Assembly (NCBI GenBank): GCA_041736175.1
Contig: JBGSUI010000067.1
Coordinates: 15,731-79,730 of the forward strand
Length of the DNA stretch: 64,000 nucleotides
Source of the DNA: Oligoflexales bacterium
Lineage (GTDB): Bacteria; Bdellovibrionota_B; Oligoflexia; Oligoflexales; CAIYRB01
Direction of reading: 5' to 3'
Below are positions 59,347 through 64,000 of the stretch, in pieces. The notes beneath the pieces were generated by a model. The model worked only from the letters and a program-made list of their open reading frames with translations, did not search any database and was not told where the DNA came from. Both the position numbers and the translations under genes were made by a program. Position 1 is the first letter of the stretch; each line of letters begins with the position of its first letter.

Positions 59347-60619
59347 GGTAAGACCCTTTGCTAAGAAAATCATTAAGAGGACGAAAGTTTCGTTGGACGT
59401 GCTGTTTGTCTTGAATGGCTTTTGCCCAGGTCACTATATTTTGTTGCACCGCCTCCAAGGGTTCATCCCAGCGCCCAAATCTTGTTTGGGTATAGATATC
59501 CATAGAGTCATACCAAAGAGCTTGCTGGTTGATTTTTGGAGCTGCCTCCTCTAGAGATCTTAGGTGTGGATTAGGACTACTAAAGGTAATCCAGCCAAAA
59601 AACCGATTGAGTAACCATATGGGTGTCCCGAGTGCTCCCGCGATATGTGCAGGTCCAGTATCGACGGAGATAAGCAGATCGAGGTTACTTATAAAGCCTG
59701 CAAGTTGATCAGGACAGGTGAGATGATATGTTAGATCGATCAGGTGGGGATGATCGAGGGTGTTGGCCCCCTCAAAAAGCTGCGCTTTGTACCACGCAAC
59801 CGACGTATTCCCTAGTAGGGGCGACAACAGAGTCGCAGAGATACTTCGCAGATTGTCTTCCACAAACTCCTTGCGTCCCTGCCAGCAAAGACCAACCCTT
59901 GGCCTAGGATCAGTCACCATGTAGCGCCATTTTTGTTTGATCTTAGGATCCACCTGCATATAGGGTTTGCCACATATATCCATAGAATTTAATTTAAGCA
60001 AGCGCGGAAGACTGAGTGCAGGAACCCATAGGTCAAAGTGGACCTTATCGGTTGCTTCGCGATCGACTAAAAATTGGATTCCAGGAATCGTCTTGAGGAG
60101 CTGAAACAGTGGTGGATACGTGGCAACGATCACCTTGGCACCCCGCCTAGCGAGATCCAGAGCAAACCTTGCGAAGCAGACCACATCACCAACTCCACCC
60201 TCGGTGGCGACACAGATGGTTTTGCCGCTTAAGGACTCACCCTGCCATAGCGGTGCTGAAGTCTTAATGGGCGGATCACCAAAAAGCCCATAGGGACGCA
60301 AGTCATCTAAGATGGATAGACCTTCTTTGAGAGCCCCCAAGCTTACTTTAAGACGCGCCAAGGTATGTAAAAGGGCTGGATCATTGACGCCCCGTTGTAG
60401 CAACTGCTCCGCAAGGGTGAGGGCCATTGTAAAGAATCCCTGACGGCTTAAAAGCTCCATCTTGCACCGAATCCATTGAAGATCATCAGGCTGGTTTTTG
60501 AGACCCTTGTCAATGATCGCCTCGGCGCGAGTCAAGTCTCCTAGGCTTAATGCGTGTAAGGCCCCTTGTGGAGAGCAGGCCACCGACAGATCTGGGTGAC
60601 CCACAGATGCTGATGTCAT
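59318..60619 (-). CDS. TPR plus GT9-like glycosyltransferase
   Basis: N-terminal helical repeats; WQGESLSGK, EGGVGD, RVGLCWQG, LDLLISVDTGPAHIAGALG. Confidence 0.85.
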   Translation of the reverse strand: MTSASVGHPDLSVACSPQGALHALSLGDLTRAEAIIDKGLKNQPDDLQWIRCKMELLSRQGFFTMALTLAEQLLQRGVNDPALLHTLARLKVSLGALKEGLSILDDLRPYGLFGDPPIKTSAPLWQGESLSGKTICVATEGGVGDVVCFARFALDLARRGAKVIVATYPPLFQLLKTIPGIQFLVDREATDKVHFDLWVPALSLPRLLKLNSMDICGKPYMQVDPKIKQKWRYMVTDPRPRVGLCWQGRKEFVEDNLRSISATLLSPLLGNTSVAWYKAQLFEGANTLDHPHLIDLTYHLTCPDQLAGFISNLDLLISVDTGPAHIAGALGTPIWLLNRFFGWITFSSPNPHLRSLEEAAPKINQQALWYDSMDIYTQTRFGRWDEPLEAVQQNIVTWAKAIQDKQHVQRNFRPLNDFLSKGSYHGTESTGLS

Positions 60620-61503
60620 AGGACGTGAGCTCCTTCTACAGATTGTTTATCCAACGGTCTCGACCAACGACTGGCAAGGGGCGCAATCCTCTGCCACCAA
60701 TGCTGCCAAGGTGCATATGGGGATTCCATCCCTTCATGCATATGGATCGCAAGAGATGGCATGGGCGAGAGGCATGGATGGTCTTTGTAAATTAGGTTTA
60801 TGGTATTGGACTCGTTAACCCGTCGGTCGATATCATAGCGTGCTAAACCCATAAAACAGTGCCAATGGGACTCCACGATGCGCTTTGAAACCATCATCGT
60901 CCCGGTGCTTGTGGTGACGGTACGCCAGTAACGATCTTGGGCCAACATGATCGCCGAGACTTGCGGCTGGCGGTAGAGATCGATATAGTCACAGGGAAAT
61001 ATGCAGACGTCTTTTCCAAACCGGGCTGTTTCTTGTACAAAAGCCATCACCATGCTGTGGATCGCATCGGGATCATGGAGGTAGTCGTCCTCGACAAAAT
61101 AGATAAGCTCTCTCCCTTGGGTCCTTGCTTGGTGGTAAGTAAGGTTTAGAGAGGCGCCGTTGCCAGAATCACCTGTTTCCATCGGCAAAAACCGCGCCGA
61201 AAAGGGGCAATGGGTCAACATCGATCGGACGATTTTAACGTACCTAGGATCTGAGTGATCATCGATTATCGTAAATGTGATCCCATCGTGTTTTAGAATG
61301 CTATGGGGATGGGAGACCGCTCGGCTCATGGAATCGATAAGGGTGGCAAGGCATCGCAATGAAAGCTCTGATTTAGACACCCCCATGGGGCGGGGGGTGT
61401 TGTTTACGGCGACAACCCGCGAACAACTGCGTAAAAACACATCGAGCTGCATGAAACTCCCACTCATATATAGATTAAAGGCGCTTTTTGAGTAGGTTAG
61501 CAT
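60616..61503 (-). CDS. GT-A (family 2-like) glycosyltransferase
   Basis: IIDDHS, IYFVEDDYLH, PSLAIH. Confidence 0.75.
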   Translation of the reverse strand: MLTYSKSAFNLYMSGSFMQLDVFLRSCSRVVAVNNTPRPMGVSKSELSLRCLATLIDSMSRAVSHPHSILKHDGITFTIIDDHSDPRYVKIVRSMLTHCPFSARFLPMETGDSGNGASLNLTYHQARTQGRELIYFVEDDYLHDPDAIHSMVMAFVQETARFGKDVCIFPCDYIDLYRQPQVSAIMLAQDRYWRTVTTSTGTMMVSKRIVESHWHCFMGLARYDIDRRVNESNTINLIYKDHPCLSPMPSLAIHMHEGMESPYAPWQHWWQRIAPLASRWSRPLDKQSVEGAHVL

Positions 61504-61614
61504 GAAGCTTTTGCGAAAACCAGTTAGACTTTTGGTCGAGTGGCTTGCAACCGCTGAGGATTTCCCGCCTTGGTAGGGATAATTATTCTCTGAAAAATTC
61601 AGCCTTTACGCGAG

Positions 61615-62673
61615 CTAAGTCCGTTTAAATCCATATGGACAGTTGCGACATCCGTTTTTACAGCAGTAGCCCCGTCGCTTTAGGTAATCGGCCGATAGAA
61701 CCATCAGGCCGTTTTCATCCATATGAAAATCGAGCCCCTCAACCAGCGGCCCCTGCCGCAACGTGGCGCGGGCCAGGAGTGCCCCAAGCTTAGCGTTGTT
61801 TTTAACCAAGGCAATGTTAGCCGTGAGGCTCGCACCTTTGGTTTTTTCGACGATTTTTTTAAGGAGATAGGGTGTGACCATTTTACCTTGGATCCCGTGG
61901 GAGTCAGCCTCTAAGAGAGCAGAGTTGATCGCTTGGTTGATCATATCGGGATCGAGAGCATACTCGCTCGGGATCGGTTGGGCGACGACCACTCCGCCCT
62001 TGATCCCAAGGTCTTCCTTTATCGCCATAAGTTTAGCGATGGACGCTACATCATCAAGCCTGTGGGGGACGGGGTACCCGCTATCGCGACTATAAAAAGC
62101 TGGAAATCGATCGGTTTGGTAGCCGATGACCGGTACTCCACCGGTCTCTAGGACTTCTAGAGTCTTTGGAATATCGAGAATGGATTTCACCCCAGCACAC
62201 ACGACGGTTACGTCGGTCTGCACCAGCTCGCTGAGATCTGCCGAGATATCCCAACTCTCCGCCACCCCCCGATGCACTCCACCTAACCCCCCCGTAACAA
62301 AGACTTTGATTCCAGCCCACGCAGCCGCCATCATCGTCGCCGCCACCGTGGTGGCACCATCGCGCTTTTGGGCCAAAACCATTGGAAAATCTCGCCTGGA
62401 AACCTTTTCTATTGAGGGGTTTTGGCCAAAGCTCTCTAGCTCTACAGTGGATAAACCAATTTTGATTTTTCCCTTTAAAATCCCAATCGTCGCGGGAACC
62501 GCACCGTGGTCACGGATAATGGTCTCGACCTCTCGGGCGACCTTTATATTATCGGGATAGGGCATGCCATGGGCTATGATCGTCGACTCCAAGGCTACTA
62601 TTGGGCGGCCTTCGGCCCGCGCCTGAGCGACTTCAGGGTGGAAATCCATATAATTTTCTTGAATAATACTCAA
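61615..62673 (-). CDS. psuG: Pseudouridine-5'-phosphate glycosidase with a fused C-terminal Cys-rich (DUF5522-like) domain
   Basis: VALESTIIAHGMPYP, GATTVAATM, TGGLGGVHRG, DISADL, TPYLL; tail GYCCKNGCRNCPYG. Confidence 0.92.
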   Translation of the reverse strand: MSIIQENYMDFHPEVAQARAEGRPIVALESTIIAHGMPYPDNIKVAREVETIIRDHGAVPATIGILKGKIKIGLSTVELESFGQNPSIEKVSRRDFPMVLAQKRDGATTVAATMMAAAWAGIKVFVTGGLGGVHRGVAESWDISADLSELVQTDVTVVCAGVKSILDIPKTLEVLETGGVPVIGYQTDRFPAFYSRDSGYPVPHRLDDVASIAKLMAIKEDLGIKGGVVVAQPIPSEYALDPDMINQAINSALLEADSHGIQGKMVTPYLLKKIVEKTKGASLTANIALVKNNAKLGALLARATLRQGPLVEGLDFHMDENGLMVLSADYLKRRGYCCKNGCRNCPYGFKRT

Positions 62674-63032
62674 TGATTAAGTCTCCCTTTCGGATGGCCA
62701 CGGCCCAAGGGCTGAGACAAAGATCTCATGGGACTCTACCTAGGCTGGACCCTTTTTTACGCTGAAAAAAGTGTCTAGACAACGCTATGTTTTTTAGATG
62801 TTGGGCCCGGGTCTAGGACATTTCTCGGAGAGTCCCGACTTCTGACCAAAGCCCAAAGGGAAGATCCAGTGACTCAAGAGATTGAACTAAGTTTTGCACC
62901 ATTTTTTCAGATCGAGGACCTAACTATAATGCATTTAAATCAGATGATTACATAATTATGTAAAGTTATAAATTTACTTTTCCGATACGCTCTGGTAACT
63001 TCTTCCTAGACATTGGGACTAGGGAAAGTCAA

Positions 63033-63272
63033 ATGAGCAAGATTTTTGAGTGCGGAGATATAGTTATTCATGTTTGGCCTAAGGATCATAAACCTGTTCG
63101 TTGTCATATTTTTCTTGGAGACGATGTTGAGATCAAGGTTTCGTTACCCGATTATAATTTAACTGTGGTTAAGGGCTATTTATACGAAAGTGAAGTTTCA
63201 GAAATCTTAGATTTAGTTAAAGGAAATAGACACGAAATTGGTAAAGCCTGGAGAAAATTTCATGGAAATTAA
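63033..63272 (+). CDS. DUF4160-like small protein
   Basis: HVWPKDHKPVRCHI...AWRKFHG fits the DUF4160 pattern. Confidence 0.65.
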   Translation: MSKIFECGDIVIHVWPKDHKPVRCHIFLGDDVEIKVSLPDYNLTVVKGYLYESEVSEILDLVKGNRHEIGKAWRKFHGN

Positions 63273-63747
63273 AAAAACAACCAGAGGGTGGGAGTATAAC
63301 GGGGTGATTTTTGCTGATGAGAAGTCAGCTCAGAATGCCCAAAAGACGGGTACAGTAAGCCCCAAGCGTAAGCCCTATTCCATACCAAATCCAGAAAAAT
63401 TTAAGCTAGTTTACGATGGCGATAAGAGACAATCATTTGGGTTGTTTATTGAACAAGTGTTAAAAATCCAGGGTAAGGGGATTTTACAGCTAGCTAAGGA
63501 ACTTGAAGTCAGTCGGCAAGCTCTTTTTTCATGGATGAATGGAGAGAGTGTGCCGACGCGGAAAAACATTGAGAACCTATTGGCTGTTACAGAATGTCCA
63601 GTAGAAGCTCTCAAGGTGGCATTGGCCGATAACTTCCGAAGAATGGAGGAAAAGGCCTTCGAAGGAATAAAAAGATATACCGGCCCAAAGAAAAATACAC
63701 GTGCTAAAAAAACTATACGTCCTAGCTCTAAAAAGGCCACTGGTTAG
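63262..63747 (+). CDS. XRE-family HTH protein
   Basis: QLAKELEVSRQALFSWMNGESVP; overlaps the DUF4160-like stop. Confidence 0.75.
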   Translation: MEIKKTTRGWEYNGVIFADEKSAQNAQKTGTVSPKRKPYSIPNPEKFKLVYDGDKRQSFGLFIEQVLKIQGKGILQLAKELEVSRQALFSWMNGESVPTRKNIENLLAVTECPVEALKVALADNFRRMEEKAFEGIKRYTGPKKNTRAKKTIRPSSKKATG

Positions 63748-64000
63748 TGCCAGTCATGGGCAGTGGTTTGGCTGGACAGCAAAATCCTGGAAAAACCGCC
63801 TTTAAATGAGTCGCCCGACACCAAGCAGCCATGGCATATTTTTTGCAGATACACTTGGTAAATTGAAGAGAGTCTTATCCGAAGCGCCCACCCAAAGACC
63901 AATTTTGGTTGATTTTTGAAAATGAGATCGAATCCCCCGTAACCGTGGGCGGTTTGGATAAGAGCCCAATGAACTAAGCGCGCGAGCACAAAGCTATGGG

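Noticed and set aside
41167..62673. Prophage hypothesis from the RNR, PhoH, SNF2 and glycosyltransferase genes
   Set aside because: No terminase, capsid, tail, integrase or lysis genes; these genes are interleaved with core metabolism.
63744..64000. Minus-strand ORF at the window edge
   Set aside because: Truncated by the window and has no recognisable motif.

Overview
Chromosomal segment of a bacterium that looks like Bdellovibrionota/Oligoflexia (inferred from gene style, not proven). GC-richer housekeeping genes (lptD-like, speD, proline dehydrogenase, yhbY, mreB, rlmI, S1-domain protein, cyclophilin, amino-acid ABC transporter, amt-gltD-gltB, PIN-PhoH, PrkA-type AAA+, class II RNR, HD hydrolase, pyrD, psuG) alternate with AT-richer accessory patches at about 6.8-13.4, 25.3-29.1, 44.0-55.8 and 63.0-63.8 kb. 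I saw no rRNA, tRNA, CRISPR array, integrase or transposase. Main observations: (1) two diverged copies of a translationally coupled two-gene module, a DUF4365-like PD-(D/E)xK nuclease plus a ~375-aa unknown partner, which is the best candidate for an undescribed defence system; (2) integrase-free islands bracketed by synonymously diverged copies of the 3' ends of the neighbouring housekeeping genes; (3) a small secreted protein built from prion-octarepeat-like HGGGW/GGGWGQP units; (4) sigma54-type promoters in front of five orphan lipoprotein genes; (5) a 14-repeat RCC1 protein with a C16 tract, followed by a compact multi-hairpin element; (6) a PsuG fusion to a Cys-rich tail. Family names come from motif recognition by eye, and identities were counted by hand.
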